Assembly (NCBI RefSeq): GCF_009914755.1
Contig: NC_060926.1
Origin: the human T2T-CHM13v2.0 reference genome, Homo sapiens
DNA length: 64,000 nucleotides
Direction: 5' to 3' (one strand)
The notes under the pieces are model-generated. The model saw nothing but the letters and a program-made list of their open reading frames with translations. It was not told the origin of the DNA and made no database searches. A program made the translations under genes and the position numbers. Shown piece by piece: positions 13,879-31,799 of the stretch (its first letter is position 1; each line of letters starts with the position of its first letter).

Positions 13879-16800
13879 TCTGGCCTTTGACTTCAGCTGT
13901 CCTTTGAGTTAAGACACCAAAAAATAGTTTATGAAATAGTGGAACCTAAGCCTGATGGACCACACACAACCTGCATTTGAGTCCATGAATATGAAGTGAG
14001 AACACTCATCTGGGCTATCTGGAATGTCAAATAGCACATACTCCACACACACTGAAAAATATCCATTTTGATGTATGTGAGCCTATTCCAAATCCAGACG
14101 AATCCCCATTTCATGCACTTAAAATAATATCATCACTGTGTTTGACGTTTCGGGAGGTAATCTTTCTACGCAGAGTGCCCCTCTCCTTACTAATCCCTTT
14201 GGGGTTACAACTAAAATTCCATTTTCATGATTCTAACTTTTATTTAATTAAAGGTAGATTAAAGTACCAGTTATCCTAGCTGGTTAATCTAATGGAGGGT
14301 GCAATCAGAGGCCATCAGCTGGTCCCAGAGTGGCTGAGTGCAACGGCTGCTGGCTGTGAGCACTGGGCAGGGTCACTGCGTTATTTCCCAGTGAGGAAAA
14401 TGAAGGCAGAGGAGCACAGCAGCTGCGGTTTCTGTGATATCAAAGGGGCACTTGGCGCCACTGGACTTTCCCTTTTCTTTTTTGTGTGTACTCCCCAAAC
14501 TTGGTGATAAGAGTTGCTTTTCATGTCTTAAGCCTCAAGACCATCCAGGGAGGAGGAGGGTGAAGGCAAAGAAATTAGTGAATGACGGAGGAGTCTTACT
14601 GTCAACTCCCTTGATCAAGAAGAAATGGGCACTTACTCAGTCTGTTTCTCATTCCAAAAGTTATCGCTGCAAATTGGGGGGTGAAAGTGGGGAAGTGGGG
14701 GTCGATGAGAGGGATGAAGAGGTCTGGTAACAGGTAACCAAGAGGTGGGTGTTCTGGTGCAAAACTTGTGGGGTGTTATTACTTCATTTACCTAATTAAA
14801 GGCTTATTTTAAAAAATTAACCTTATTTGAGATGTTGTATGGTTATTTACCCACCCCCTCCAAATCCCTCTTATATTCAAACTTGTGAATTTCATCTATT
14901 TTTGGAAACAAGATTCTGCCAGAAAATCATTTTATATCATTAGTCAACCACAGTACAGTCTTGTGCCTTCAGTAAAGACAATTATATCTACCACTCTCTC
15001 CATAACCGGCTTGGTGATTATTACTAAATTACTCTTCAGCTTTTTCTAGTTGAGATAAAAATGCTTCTTTTAGCTTTCCTCATGGGCCTCTTCCCCTAAT
15101 CTTTCAGTCATCTTCAAAGATGTGTCTTGAAGCCCCTTTTTAAGATCTTCATAAATCCATTAAGACCTTTGAAACTCCATAAATAGCTTATGTTGTGACA
15201 GCAGTTTGAGAGATGCTGGGAAAATGAAGGAATCGCTTCTGGAAGTCTCGATGCATCCTACTCTTTGCTGAATCTCTGTGTCAGAGAAAAATCCTGATTC
15301 AGTTTGTATTTTCTACTTTTTAGATTCCAATTTTTAAAAATGGCATTTGGCATCCTATTAGTGGAATATCATGAGTGCAGACAGAGTCAATGATGAATGG
15401 ACATTTATGATTGAGATTTGGGAGTTACTAATCAATGCACTTCCATATTACTGGCTCTTAAAAACTTAATGAAAGCATATTTAATTAGATTCCTACCAAA
15501 AATCAATTTTTAAGAAGCACAGTTTTCAAGACCAGCCATTCATAATAACACCTTTTTTTCTTTGTATATAGGAATAGGGTTTGTCTTCTGTTATGCCTTT
15601 GAGCTGTATGTTTTTGCTCATCCTGCTCTGTACCTGGGTAAACTGGTCTCTTCTTTAGCAATTAAACTTTAAAATAGCTTTCCATGGAAGAACCGAATTG
15701 AAAGTTGTTCCAGCATTGAGGATGTCAGCAGAGACTAGCAGAGAAGATACAGTAGCAATACAAAGATTTTAAAGGAGTGACTTAAATCTATTCCTCTTGG
15801 TCAAGAAGGTAAAAGGATTCGGAAACATTGAAGTATCAGGGGATACAAAAGGTAAAGCTTGAATTTTTCTGCCAAATTTTAGATTTGTTTTCAGCTTTTC
15901 ATGCCTGTGTGACCCCCTGCCTTTTGAAGAAAGAGCAAAAGGTGTTGATCTGCCAACAAAGAAGACACTGAAATTTTAAATTAGGTTACACAAAATAGTG
16001 GCAGAAAGGAGAATAGAAGGATTAATGGCTCGTTTTTATTTCTAGTCCTATTTTACCTAATTCAGTTATAGGAATTCATTCATTTCAACTTAGGATATAA
16101 TGGATTTGTCGAAAAGTAAGGGAAATATCTGGAGCTGATTAATGTAAAAGTCTTTAGAAAAGGTAAGTGCCTCCTAACCATGTTGATTAATGTAAATAGA
16201 TGTTATTTTTTTCAATTAGGAAAAGAGAGAGAGATGTTTGTTTATTGACAACACTAAAGGCCAGGAATAGTGTGGTTTAGAGGCCAGCACTTAACCTGTG
16301 TAAGAACTCATGCAGTAAGTCTTATATTCTCCATTTTACTCATAAGAAAATTGAGACATTAAGAACATATTACATCTTTAGGGTTTACTTTAAAATAATT
16401 TAGAAGCAGGGGTGAGAAATTTCATTGGGAGTGGAGTACAGATGAAACAAGATTGGCCACAAATTGATATTTGTTAAAGTTTGTTTCATTATACTATTTT
16501 TTCAAAATGTTGTATGTATTTGAAGTTTTCCAAAATGAAAAAATTTTAACATGTCACTATAAACATCAAGATTCAAAACCAGATTTTGCTGATTTCAAGC
16601 TTGTTCTCTCGCTAACAGATGATACACAGAATAATTTCTGAAAAACTGAAGAGCAATTTGCCAACCAGATAGTAAATTAGGAATTTACATTTTATTTTAG
16701 AAAGTAATGCTTACACGTCGAATAGCCTCAAACAAGCATATTATATTGAACAAGTGTGTAGTACTGAATCTACATGAATCTTAGTGTTAAGATTTATTAA

Positions 16801-17259
16801 ATGGAAGCAATCCTTTCCTCTGTTGAACAAGTGCGACTACAAAGTAGATTTTTAAAAAATGTCCTGGCATTACTTCATTTAATTTTGTATTCTGAAATGA
16901 TTTCTTTTTGCCTTTTTGCTTTTAAACAAGATAGCTTCTAAATATTTTGTAGGAATTCTCATCTATTTATAGAGAGGTAAGAATGACGATTTTGTCCATG
17001 AGACAGAGTAGATTTACAGAATTTGGGAACTAAGCTTTAATAAGATTGAACTTTAGCTAGGGCAAGGAAAAACCTTTAGCTGTAGCTAATGAGAACCACT
17101 TCCACTGGAATGACTTTATGGCTTTAATTTTATGCAGTTCTTTCATTCCTTCACCTCTTTAGTGAAAAGGTCACCTGTTTAATGAAAAGGTTTCTTAAGA
17201 AATAGAACCTTAACTACACCATATTTCTATTTCTCAGTATAAAATTATTCTATTGAAGA

Positions 17260-17560
17260 CATCATGCTAAAGGAAAGAAACTAGAAATAAAAGGCTATAT
17301 AAAAAATAATTCCATTGATATGGCATTCTATAATGACAAACTGTATGGATAGAAAACCAATCAGTTGTTGCCAGGGACGAGGGGTGGGGAGAGGGGATTG
17401 GTGGCAGAGAAACACAAGAGCACTGTTTGGGTTGATGTTTATCTTCATTGTGGTGGTAGTCACACAGCTGTACATTTGCCCTAATTCATAGAACTGTACA
17501 TACAAAGTGTGAACTTACTGCACGTATATTATTTATCAATAACTCTGATTTTTAAAAGTA
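17260..17560 (+). mobile_element. L1ME-type 3' end
   Basis: aatcagttgttgccaggg; tcatagaactgtaca; 3'UTR-like end. Confidence 0.65.
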
Positions 17561-17639
17561 TAAAGATAAATAGATATAGATATATAGTTTTGAAAACATG
17601 CCTCTTTGTCCATGAGAGCACAGTGGCCCATGCACTTAC

Positions 17640-17781
17640 CTGAATGTCAACAGGAAGCCCCAGTCCTTGGTTGTCAACCACAGTCATCGTCACGATGGGT
17701 TGAATCATCAAGGCAATGAAGGGATTAATTCCAAACGTCAGGGCATAGTCTTCCATGCTCAGATTAACTCCAATCTGAAAT
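17640..17781 (-). pseudogene. SLC19A4P: Exon equivalent to SLC19A3 exon 5 (142 bp)
   Basis: acag|ATTTCAG...ATTCAG|gtaagt; [47 protein letters not shown], open frame; includes the MEDYALTF start of the formerly annotated C2orf83 protein. Confidence 0.92.
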
Positions 17782-18136
17782 CTGTCATTGTACAAATGGA
17801 AAGAGTTTTAAAAGGACACACACATGCGCATTCAAATACAAAACAGCGAATTGTGTTCTTCTCAAGGCTTTGGTCTGCTGAGGAAGCCCAGGTTTCTATT
17901 GACAGTTTCTTTCTGAAAGCTCTTTTAGCAGAGATAGACTGAAGAAATAGACAAATGGGATGGTGCAATGTATTTTAACATTCCGTGGGATGGGATATAG
18001 TACGCTAAGAATTTAAAACTAGTTAAACAATTCTAAAATTAAACCAAATTTTCAAAATACTCTGCAACTAGAAAACATTCAACATTATTTGAGATAAATA
18101 TGGCTTAGCAAGTCACTTTTAAAATCAGATGTATCA

Positions 18137-18490
<354 letters not shown>

Positions 18491-19643
18491 TTAAAGATTT
18501 AATCACTGGATTATTTATTGAGTTAGCAATTTCAGAGTCTAATCAGTGAATATTTCTCTGCAAAATCCACAAATTATTTCCTTTCATAGTTCATTCAATC
18601 TGGTAATTAATTCATTTTAAATAATTGTACTGGGATGTTAAATTTAGTCAGTCAAGACTGACATATATAGTTAAAGTTCTTCCATGCAATTTAGCTAAAA
18701 CATTTGTAATGTGAATCTATTTACAAAATGAACCAAATGAAAAATGTTAACTATTTTTATGTCCCTTCCAAAATTCTTTACATAAAAAAACAAATACAAG
18801 CATTTTAAAACTATGTGATTCAACAAAAGGCATTATTTCCATGCAAGATACTACCAACTAAACATAGCAAAACCCATAAATGACCTTAGGTCCCACGTAG
18901 TGAATATGACAGGTGGTTCAAATGGGACTTGTAATTTCAGGTCTTTCTTGTTCAGCTAACAGTTTTTCCCTTGAACAAATGTGGAACTACATTGATGCTT
19001 TTAAAACTTAGATGAAATCAAATGGCAGATTTCCTTTTAGTATGCAAATTATTTCATGTTGGAATCTTGATTTAATCCGTTCAGATGCCTAAGCAGCTTG
19101 ACAGTGATTTATTTGGTTTTGGATAAGACCTCTACATGTGATGGATTAGAAAAAAACACAGTTCTGACGGTGGGCTGAGAGTGGCTTTGAATCCTAAGAT
19201 TTTTAGTCCAAACCCCCAAATTATTTCCAAGATACCTGAAATTACATGTAATCATACTATTTCAAATCTTATCTTGAAGCTCCGGCTGGGTTATTTCACA
19301 GTGGCCTTCACTTGGTCGCTGTGGAGACATTGAGCTACCACGCAGAGAACATTGCCTAGGACTAGCAAGTTCTTAGAAAAGTAATTGTTGTATTTATATT
19401 CTTCCATTGGGCATTTGGCAGTAAGTACAGATGAGCCTCTGGGGGATTGTCTGTAATTTAAAAAATAGAACTACCTTGAAGTTTTATTCAATCATTTATA
19501 TATCGTGTATTACGGAAGTATGAGATTAGCATTTCCCAATTTACTCTATAACTTAAAGGAAAGTAATGGGAACATTTACTAAAGCATAAAAAAATTAGGT
19601 TGTGCCTGTATAACAATGAAATTGTTAAATTAAAAAAATTTCA

Positions 19644-19955
<312 letters not shown>

Positions 19956-20233
19956 TCAAAGTTTTACTTTCATATTGCATGTATTTATTTTTTTATTTTT
20001 TGAAGGAAATACTAACCAAGTACCTACTTAAAGTGAGAACTAGAGGAAACACCAGGGGCATAACAGGGAACAAGCTAGACAATGAGGGCACCCACGGAGC
20101 TTGAGCTTGCACTCCATCAGGGAATAAATTAGGACCAGATAATTGCTTTGATTAATTGTTAATTAAATTTATCAGTTTTTATGTCATGAAAAAATGCAAA
20201 GTAAATATCTTTTTATATAATAATCACAAATTA

Positions 20234-20554
<321 letters not shown>

Positions 20555-21716
20555 TTATTTTATGTAAACTTCTATCATATAATGATTGAAATCATGGGGT
20601 CAACAGTCTTAGAATTTCTTCTAAACCTCAATACTAACCCTTTGCATGAGATAAATTTATTCTACACTTGCTAAATTTATAAGTTGCCTAGAAGTTGGAG
20701 CAGTAATTAGATGTAAATGAACTTACAGAGATTGAATTCACACATGTAGAAAATGATATTTTGTCAGTATGTTGAGTTAGATATGTAAATGATCATTTTA
20801 TTTAGTGCCAAAGTTCACACATCTATTTGGTCAAGTTCCCTTTGTTTCTCTACTGAGTATGTCTCCAGACACTAAAATACTAGGTTTATTCAATTCTTGC
20901 CCAGTAATTAATTTTAAAAATGTAACCCAAATTAATTATGTCTGAAATAATTTTTCTCTTCACTAAACTTACTGACCATCTGACTGAATTGACAAATTAG
21001 ATAAAAGATGATTGTGCAGGACTTTGGTGGAAAGCTCTGAACATATTCTCTGAGAAAACCCTAACAGTCAGATAACGAGTCTCATTTTACGGCCTCTTAG
21101 AATCTCAGGATTCTCACTATTCATGTGGCTTAACCTTTCACCGCTTTCATGTCCATAACAAAACATTCTGAGCATTTCTTAATTCATCAAAAGATTTTGT
21201 TTTTTCTAAATATTTCACATCCTGACAGTTAATTATTAATATTTTTCCAATTTCCCTATTTGTTTCCTCAGTAGAATGATGTTAACTTGCATCCATCAGT
21301 AGAATGAGATTAACATGCAATAGAAACGCAATACGGCTGTGAACCAATATGTTCTGAAATATTCAAGAATAATATACATTTATCTTTTAACAACATGGAA
21401 GTTATAGTCATGAATAGTAAAAATAACGGAAAAATCATTATCATTTTTACTAACTTTCAGGTTCTCCTTCCCAAGTATAGCCGTTGACCATGAAACGAAA
21501 CTGATTTAGGTTTGGCTAGAATTATTTTTTCCTAATCAAGAGATTGCTAAGTGAAAACAAAATATTTAGAATGAATATTGGGGGAAGATAGAGATTTACT
21601 TCCTGTTACAGTAAGAAAATAACAAGGTAAGCTAAAAATCATATTTTTCCATAAAGAGAAAATAGGCATAAACTGCTGAAAATCAAATAAAAACAGAAAA
21701 TCTAAAAGCAATTGCA

Positions 21717-22572
<856 letters not shown>

Positions 22573-22808
22573 GGCCAGGCATGGTGGCTCACACCTGTAA
22601 TCCCAGCACTTTGGGAGGCTGAGGCAGGCAGATTGCTTGAGCTCAGGAGTTCCAGACCAGTCTGGGCAACATGGTGAAACCCTGTCTCTACAAAATATAC
22701 AAAAATCAGCTGGGTATGGTGGCATGCACCTGTGGTCCCAGCTATTTGGAAGGCTGAGGGGGGAGAATCACTTGAACTCTGGGGGCAGAAGTTGCAGTGA
22801 ACTGAGAA
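22573..22808 (+). mobile_element. AluJ-like, 3' truncated
   Basis: Stops after gcagtgaactgag. Confidence 0.92.
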
Positions 22809-23644
22809 AGAGATGTAGTTATCTCCCTTTTTTCATTTCTGATATTGATAAATTGTATTTTTTCCATTCTATGCACGAGCACTCTCTCTCACATTTATTA
22901 GACTTTTCAAATGACTGATTTGGCTTTGGTAATTTTTCCTATTGTACTATTTTCTATTCCATTGATTTTATTTTTTGTTATCTCTAACATTTTCTTCTTT
23001 TCTTTGAGTTTCATTTGCTGTTCTCTTCTAGCTTCTGAAGATGAATGTTTAAATAACTTAATTTGTGTCCTTTCTTTTTTTAAAAAATAAATGCATTGGA
23101 GACTGTATGTTTCTCTCCTTGCACTGCTTAAGTGTATCCTATAAGTTGTGATTTTTCATATTTTCCTTGTCATTCAGTTCAAATTATTTTCTAACTCCAA
23201 GTATAATTTTTTGACCATGTTCTATCTTTAATTATAAAACATTTGGGTATTTTTAAATTACAATTTTGCTAACAATTTTAGCTTAATTATGGTTGTCAGA
23301 ATACTTTTTCCATATGATTTCAATCTTTTGATATTTATTGAGGGCTACTTTTTGGCCCAGTCCAAGCCTGTTTTTGGTCACTCTTCTATGTTCACTTGAA
23401 AATAATCTTTATCCTGCAGTGTGTACAGTTTCCACATATCCATCACTGCAACTTTATTTGACATGTAGTTTCAATCTTCCTAATCCTCACTGATGTTGTT
23501 TGTCTACTTGTTATTGAGAGAGCTGTGTTCACATTTGCAACTGTGAGTGTGGACTATTTTATTTCTCTAAAATTTTTTTGGCATTTTGCTTAATACATTT
23601 TGAGGCTGTATTTTTCGTGCATACAAATTTAGAATAGCTTTATT

Positions 23645-23966
<322 letters not shown>

Positions 23967-24581
23967 TTATCTAGTTGTTGATGAACACTTTTATCATTAT
24001 AAAACGACTATGAAACTTATAATGCAAAGACAAATCACTCTGGTGTTATTGCTTATTTCATCTGATATTGGGATACCTAAACTAGCTTTCCTTGTATTAG
24101 CATTTGTACAGTTTATCTTTTCCCATATTTGCACTTTCAGCCTTTTGGAGACCTTATTTTCAAGAAGTGTGTCTTGAAAGCAACATAATTAGGTTTTGAG
24201 TTTTAAAATCCATTCAGCTGACTTTTGTCTTATAATTGGAGTAATTAGTTCAGGCACATTTTAATGATTTTGCTGCTATATTGGGTTTTAAATTTACCAT
24301 TTATTTGTCCTGCCTGATTTACGTTCCTTGTTCTGTTTCTTGTCTTTTGTTGCCTTAATTAAGTTTAAAAACACTTTCCCTCCCTTCATTAGCTTGTTAG
24401 TACTATCTTATTGTATTATTCTTTTAGTAGTTACCATATATATTATAGCATGAGTTTTTGACCTAGCAGAGTCTACCCTAAAATAGTATTTTCACCACTT
24501 CTTTGACAATACAAGGATTTTGCAATACTTTAAATTTATTATTTCCCCTTCCTTTTGTGCTATTACCATCATAAATTTTAA

Positions 24582-24892
<311 letters not shown>

Positions 24893-24925
24893 ACTCTACA
24901 TATATTTTTAAAACTAGAAACATTA

Positions 24926-25204
24926 GGCCAGGTGCGGTGGCTCACATCTGTAATCCCAGAACTTTGGGAGGCTGAGGCAGGTGGATCACTTGAGGTCAGG
25001 AGTTGGAGACCAGCCTGGCCAACATGGTGAAACTCCTTCTCTACAAAAACTACAAAAAAATTAGCCAGGTATGGTGGTGCACACCTGTCATCCCAGCTAC
25101 TTGAGTGGCTGAGGCTCGAGAATTGCTTGAACCTGGGAGGCAGAGCTTGCAGTGAGCTGAGATTGCACCACTTCACTCCAGCCTGCGCGAATCTGTCTTA
25201 AAAA
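24926..25204 (+). mobile_element. AluS-like
   Basis: Full body, short tail. Confidence 0.93.
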
Positions 25205-25464
25205 TCAAGATTTGCTTAGATTTACTTATATGTTTATTCTTTCCAGTATTATTTTTTCCTATATTATTGCAATGCTAATGGTGATCATTTTCATTCTGCC
25301 TAAAGAATTCCCTTTATATTTCTTTTAGTGTAAGCCACAATAATTTTGCTTAATTTTTTTGTCTTAAAAATTCTTTATTTTGACTTAATTTTTGAGGAAT
25401 ATCTTTGCTTAGCATAAAATTCTAGGCTAGCAGTTCTTTACTTTTCACACTTTAAAAATATTCT

Positions 25465-25647
25465 TGGGAGGAGGGCAAAAGTTGAAAAACTACCAATTGG
25501 GTAATATGCTCACTAGCTGGGTGATGGGATCAATTGTATCCCAAACCTCAGCCTCAAGCAATATACCCATGTAACAAACCTGCACATGTACTTCCTGAAT
25601 CTAAACCAAAAGGTGCAATTATTTTTAAAAGATAAAAATAAAAATAA
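25465..25647 (+). mobile_element. L1PB/MA 3' end
   Basis: aatatacccatgtaacaaacctgcacatgtac. Confidence 0.85.
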
Positions 25648-25649
25648 CA

Positions 25650-26010
<361 letters not shown>

Positions 26011-26751
26011 TCAGATGTCATCATTACTAATACTCCTTAGAAAGAAACGCATCTGACCTTCATTTTATAGACAAACAGACTAGAAAACTTTAAGGCCACA
26101 GAGCATGTCAAAGATTATGCTGCCAGTAATGTTCAGCCAAGGAAAATATTTTCAGATGTTTATTTCGGATTAACTTGGTATATAGAATGAAATACATTGT
26201 TACACAGAAAACGAGAAGCAACATCGAATTCCTTGAAGTGTTCTCCAACCAGCATCCACCACCTCCTTAGCTCATTTACTTCATGATTAATCTAAATCAA
26301 ATACTTCATATTTTTAAACTACTGTGTGATATAGTATTTAGACATAGTTTTATAGAACAGCTTCACTTCTGTAACAGCCCTCAGAATATTTGATAAGTCG
26401 TTTCAAAAAGAAATAGATACGCTCTGACTATACAAGCAGGACAATTGGGAGTGAAAACTAAACTTAGTCAAAATTAGAATCGCATCTTATTATACTGTGT
26501 CGCTAAATCAGACAAAATAAAAGCCTAACAATATATTACTGCTTAAGAACTTCAGGTATCCTCCTGATTAGGAATCTTAGTCAAGTCGTAAGAGAAAGTT
26601 GATTCAAATGGGAATATAGTTTCATTGCCTCTTGTAGGAAGCCTTAGGCATAACATTGCAAAATGCTATTCAGAGGAACTGGAAGAATAAATAAACATGT
26701 TTTGTTGCTTCAGGTTTAGGTAGTTAAAAGAAAGAAATGGTAAATACTTAC

Positions 26752-26943
26752 ACGGCTATGGTTATAAAGAGCATAAAACTTGACTTGAATATCAAGAGAC
26801 CAGCATAGTGCACCCAAATATTAGTTGTGAAATGCATGGGACATAGAGAACCTCCATCTGCTCCTGAGAAGATCACCAAGGGCAACTCACCCAGAAGATC
26901 CCAGATGACTTTGATGTAGCCACTGTGAAGGCTGCCACGGCTC
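26752..26943 (-). pseudogene. SLC19A4P: Exon equivalent to SLC19A3 exon 4 (192 bp, 1-bp deletion)
   Basis: tttag|GAGCCGTG...ATAGCCGT|gtaagt; GAVAAFTV/fs/[56 protein letters not shown]; not visible in the ORF track. Confidence 0.9.
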
Positions 26944-26944
26944 C

Positions 26945-26995
26945 TAAAATAAAATAAAATAAAATAAAATGAAATAAAATAAAATAAAAAATAAA
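26945..26995. repeat. (AAAAT)n microsatellite
   Basis: Seen directly; abuts the exon acceptor. Confidence 0.9.
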
Positions 26996-27298
26996 CTACA
27001 TCTTGTTAATCCATGTACAGTAAAATAGCACACGGTTTTGTTAAAATCCACAGTTACAGAAGCACTGAAGCGTTTTCAGACTAAGGTAAAAAAAAAATGC
27101 TGACTTATTGTGAACTTTGAATGAAAAATTGCTTGATCCACCTCTGTGAACTGTACATATCATTTTCTCTTAAGGGTTGAAATAGACCAATTGAATTTAG
27201 GCTTTCGTAAATCATAGACTGGAGAGGACCCATGGAGAGGGCCATTTTTTTCTTTCCTCTTCCCTTTGCAGATGTTAAAACTCAGGCTTAGAAACCTG

Positions 27299-27716
27299 GT
27301 GTCAAATAAAAAAAATATATATGTGACTTAGATAGGAGAGGCTTTATTTAGAAGAAAGGCTATTGCAATAAAAAGAACTCTCTGATTGCAGAAATCTGCA
27401 TGACTCAAGATCAAACAGAAAAAGGATTTACTTTTATAGGGTAAAGAGGGTACAAGCAGACATAAGCAGAATCTCTGCAGAGGAAGCTGGATTCACAGGG
27501 GGAAATGGTCAGTGGCGTTTGACAGGAAAGTATCCCACTGTGGTCAGCCAATTCCCGTTTGGAGCTGATAAGGGGGACACATTCCACATTTTTTTGTGTT
27601 TGCTCAGGGTTTGGAGTAAGCAACATTTAGGGGTCTGTAGGAAAGCCAGGAGCCTGACTAAAGTCTGGTCAAGACAAACAGAGGGTAAGAAATGGGAAAC
27701 TGAATGCTTGGTCATT
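27299..27716. mobile_element. Possible ERV1-type solo LTR
   Basis: tg..ca bounded ~420 bp with ctttatt and cttttatagg motifs (antisense poly(A)/TATA-like). Confidence 0.4.
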
Positions 27717-27915
27717 GGCTTGAGGTGCACAAGGTCTGCAGCCTAAAGTTTCCTAATGTGTGGTGCCTGCTCTTTTCCCCCCTGCCCTTTCTGTGAGCCT
27801 ATTACCAATGCCCTAGGAAGGATGGCCTCTCTCTCTTTGCCCTTGTCTCTCTTTTCTCTTTCCTTTCTGTAACACCATTTAAAAATTTTCCTCAAGATCC
27901 CTGGCAGATGCCAAG

Positions 27916-27919
<4 letters not shown>

Positions 27920-28007
<88 letters not shown>

Positions 28008-28037
28008 GAGAGACAGAGAGACAGAGAGAGAGAGAGA
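27920..28037. repeat. Compound (CT)17(AT)9(AG)n microsatellite
   Basis: Seen directly. Confidence 0.97.
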
Positions 28038-28148
28038 TGGGATCTCGCTATATTGACCAGGCTGGTCTCGAACTCCTGACCTCAAGCAATCCTCCCATCT
28101 TGGCCTCTCAAATATTAGGATTACAGGTGTGAGCCACTATGCCTGGCC
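28030..28148 (-). mobile_element. Alu left monomer/FLAM
   Basis: Antisense monomer adjoining the microsatellite. Confidence 0.88.
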
Positions 28149-28381
28149 TGGTCATTCCCTTCTTTATTTGTTCCTTCCTTCCTTCTTTTCTTCCTTCCTT
28201 CTTTCCTTCATTTGTTAAACCAGCAAGTACTTTTGAGGTTCTCTGTGGAACAACATAGTGGTAAATTTTGGGTCCTTGCTTTGAAAACAATGCAGCCTAG
28301 TGGGGAAATTAGATAAATAAATTTAAGTTAATAAATAAATAAATAAATACGGTATGATAAAGATTATAAAAGAGTTCTGTT

Positions 28382-28580
28382 GGGATGCTGAGGCGGGTGG
28401 ATCACCTGAGGTCAAGAGTTCGAGACCAGCCTGACCAACATGGTGAAACCCCATCTCTACTAAAGATACAAAAATTAGGGGGGCTGAGGCAGGAGAATTG
28501 CTTGAACCCGGGAGGCGGAGGTTGTAGTGAGCCTAGATCACGCCATTGCACTCTAGCCTGGGCGACAAAGCGAGACTCAT
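28382..28580 (+). mobile_element. Partial Alu with internal deletion
   Basis: aaaattag|gggggctgaggc junction. Confidence 0.9.
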
Positions 28581-28631
28581 TATCTCCCTCAACCCCCACC
28601 CAAAAGCTCTGACCCTAATCCAAATCTGATC

Positions 28632-28840
28632 TAGTGGTTGTCAACCAGGGGTATTTTTGCCTTCTAGCAGACAGGTGGCAATATTTGAAGACAGTTTTGG
28701 TTGTCACAATGGGGTGCATCCTGGCACCTAGTGGCTTACGGGCATACAATGTTGCTGAACATCCTACAGAGCTCAGAACAGTGCCCTCGACAAAGAATTG
28801 CCCAGCCCAAGAGGCCAGCAGTGCAGAGGATGAAACAGCG
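28632..28840. mobile_element. MER20 (hAT-Charlie)
   Basis: agtggttgtcaacc..ttttggttgtcacaa..caaagaattgcccagccca. Confidence 0.8.
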
Positions 28841-29914
28841 ATCCGATCCCTGACCTAATCAACCAAGTGTTAGGAATTTTCAGGGAGGGAAATGACAAGA
28901 ATGTGAGCTCAACAATGGGCCCCGCCATGTTCAATAAACAGGTGGGTGTGGAACAACCTAGCTTTAAAATAAACAGCTTCAAAGTCTCATTTGATGTGAA
29001 AGCTTTGTTTTGTCAGGAAAATACATGCAGATTGTTGGGCTAACTTCAAAGACAGCTCTGGGGCCTGCCCTTTGTACCCTGGAGTATTAATGCCTGTGTC
29101 AGCCCACCTCTCCCTCCTTGCACCACACTGCCTTTGGAAGAGTGTTTTAAAGCTCACAAAGTATATTCTGGGAGAGATGAGGAGTGCCTGGACAAGCATC
29201 TCAAACTCTCCAAACTACTGTAGCTTCTGAGCCAGGAGGAAGGTTTTGCCCAAGCGGAAGGCCCAGGATGGACCTTGAAGGGTGAACCCAGGAGTGGGAG
29301 CTGAAAACCCTCAGTACCCCAGAGACCTTCCCAAGATTTCTCTTGGTTGCTCAGTCTTCTTGCCTTTTTCTTGTCAGACAACACAAATATCAGAAATTCA
29401 TCTTTAGATAAGGAGGAAGGAGACACCAGCCAACTCAAGGGACAGCAATGATACTCAGGCTGGGAACCCTGATATTTATAAGATAGCTCCAAGAGCAGAA
29501 GCTTTCAAACTTCTTTGACCATAGCCTGAGAAAAATATATTTTATATATTAATTAGTACATATATATGTGTGTGAACAGAATTTTTGCAAAACAAAATGT
29601 ACCCTTACAAGCTGATATGCTCCCTATTCTATACTAGACAAGTCTACTCCGATTTAAAAATGCTGGTCAGCAACCCACTATATTGAATTCAAGATCCACA
29701 ATCTCTAAAGGGCCAGGTAGTGAATACTTACGGCTTATGAGCCACATATCCTGTTTTACAAGTCTTGTTGCATATTTTTTTTTCTATAATCCCTTAAAAA
29801 GGTAAAACTATTAGCTGCGGTCAACTTTGGCTTAGGTCAGTTTATGCATATCAGGTTTGAAGACCATTACCGTGAGTGTGCCCACCTTATGGTAATGTAG
29901 TCTGCAAACCACAT

Positions 29915-30830
<916 letters not shown>

Positions 30831-31158
30831 GAAAAGAGTTTTGATAGTTTAACCTTAAACCATCTAACTCTTCATGGTCAAACCATAATTGGCCAGCAGG
30901 ACACCAGTTTGTAGCTCCTGTTTTTAGGGATGAGTGTAACTTTATCTTCCATGTATACCTTTTTCAATGTTTTATTACATTAGTTGCCTCTTTTAAATTT
31001 GTGACAAAACTCTTCTTTTTCAAACTACTTGTAGTGTTGAAATCACTACAACAGGATTATTGAAGAATACAATTTGAAAGTTGTGTTATTTATTTTATGT
31101 TCAAGAAAATTAAATAAAAACAACTATTTTTTACCCAAGATACTACAGTACACAATTA

Positions 31159-31344
<186 letters not shown>

Positions 31345-31473
31345 CTATCCTGTGAAATAAACTAGCAGATATTGTTCTGGCCTTTTAAGAGAAGAGAAAA
31401 TGGATTGCTAGAATTTTCATTGATTTGCCTACTTGGCAAATGATAGAACATAGATAAAAAAATTGAGCCCAGG

Positions 31474-31799
<326 letters not shown>

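Noticed and set aside
15655-15690. Weak resemblance on - (atggaaagctattttaaagtttaattgct) to the start of SLC19A3's last exon
   Set aside because: Short, AT-rich, needs indels, has no acceptor AG and does not extend.
17529-17795. 88-aa ORF as a stand-alone protein
   Set aside because: A single internal exon plus intronic read-through.
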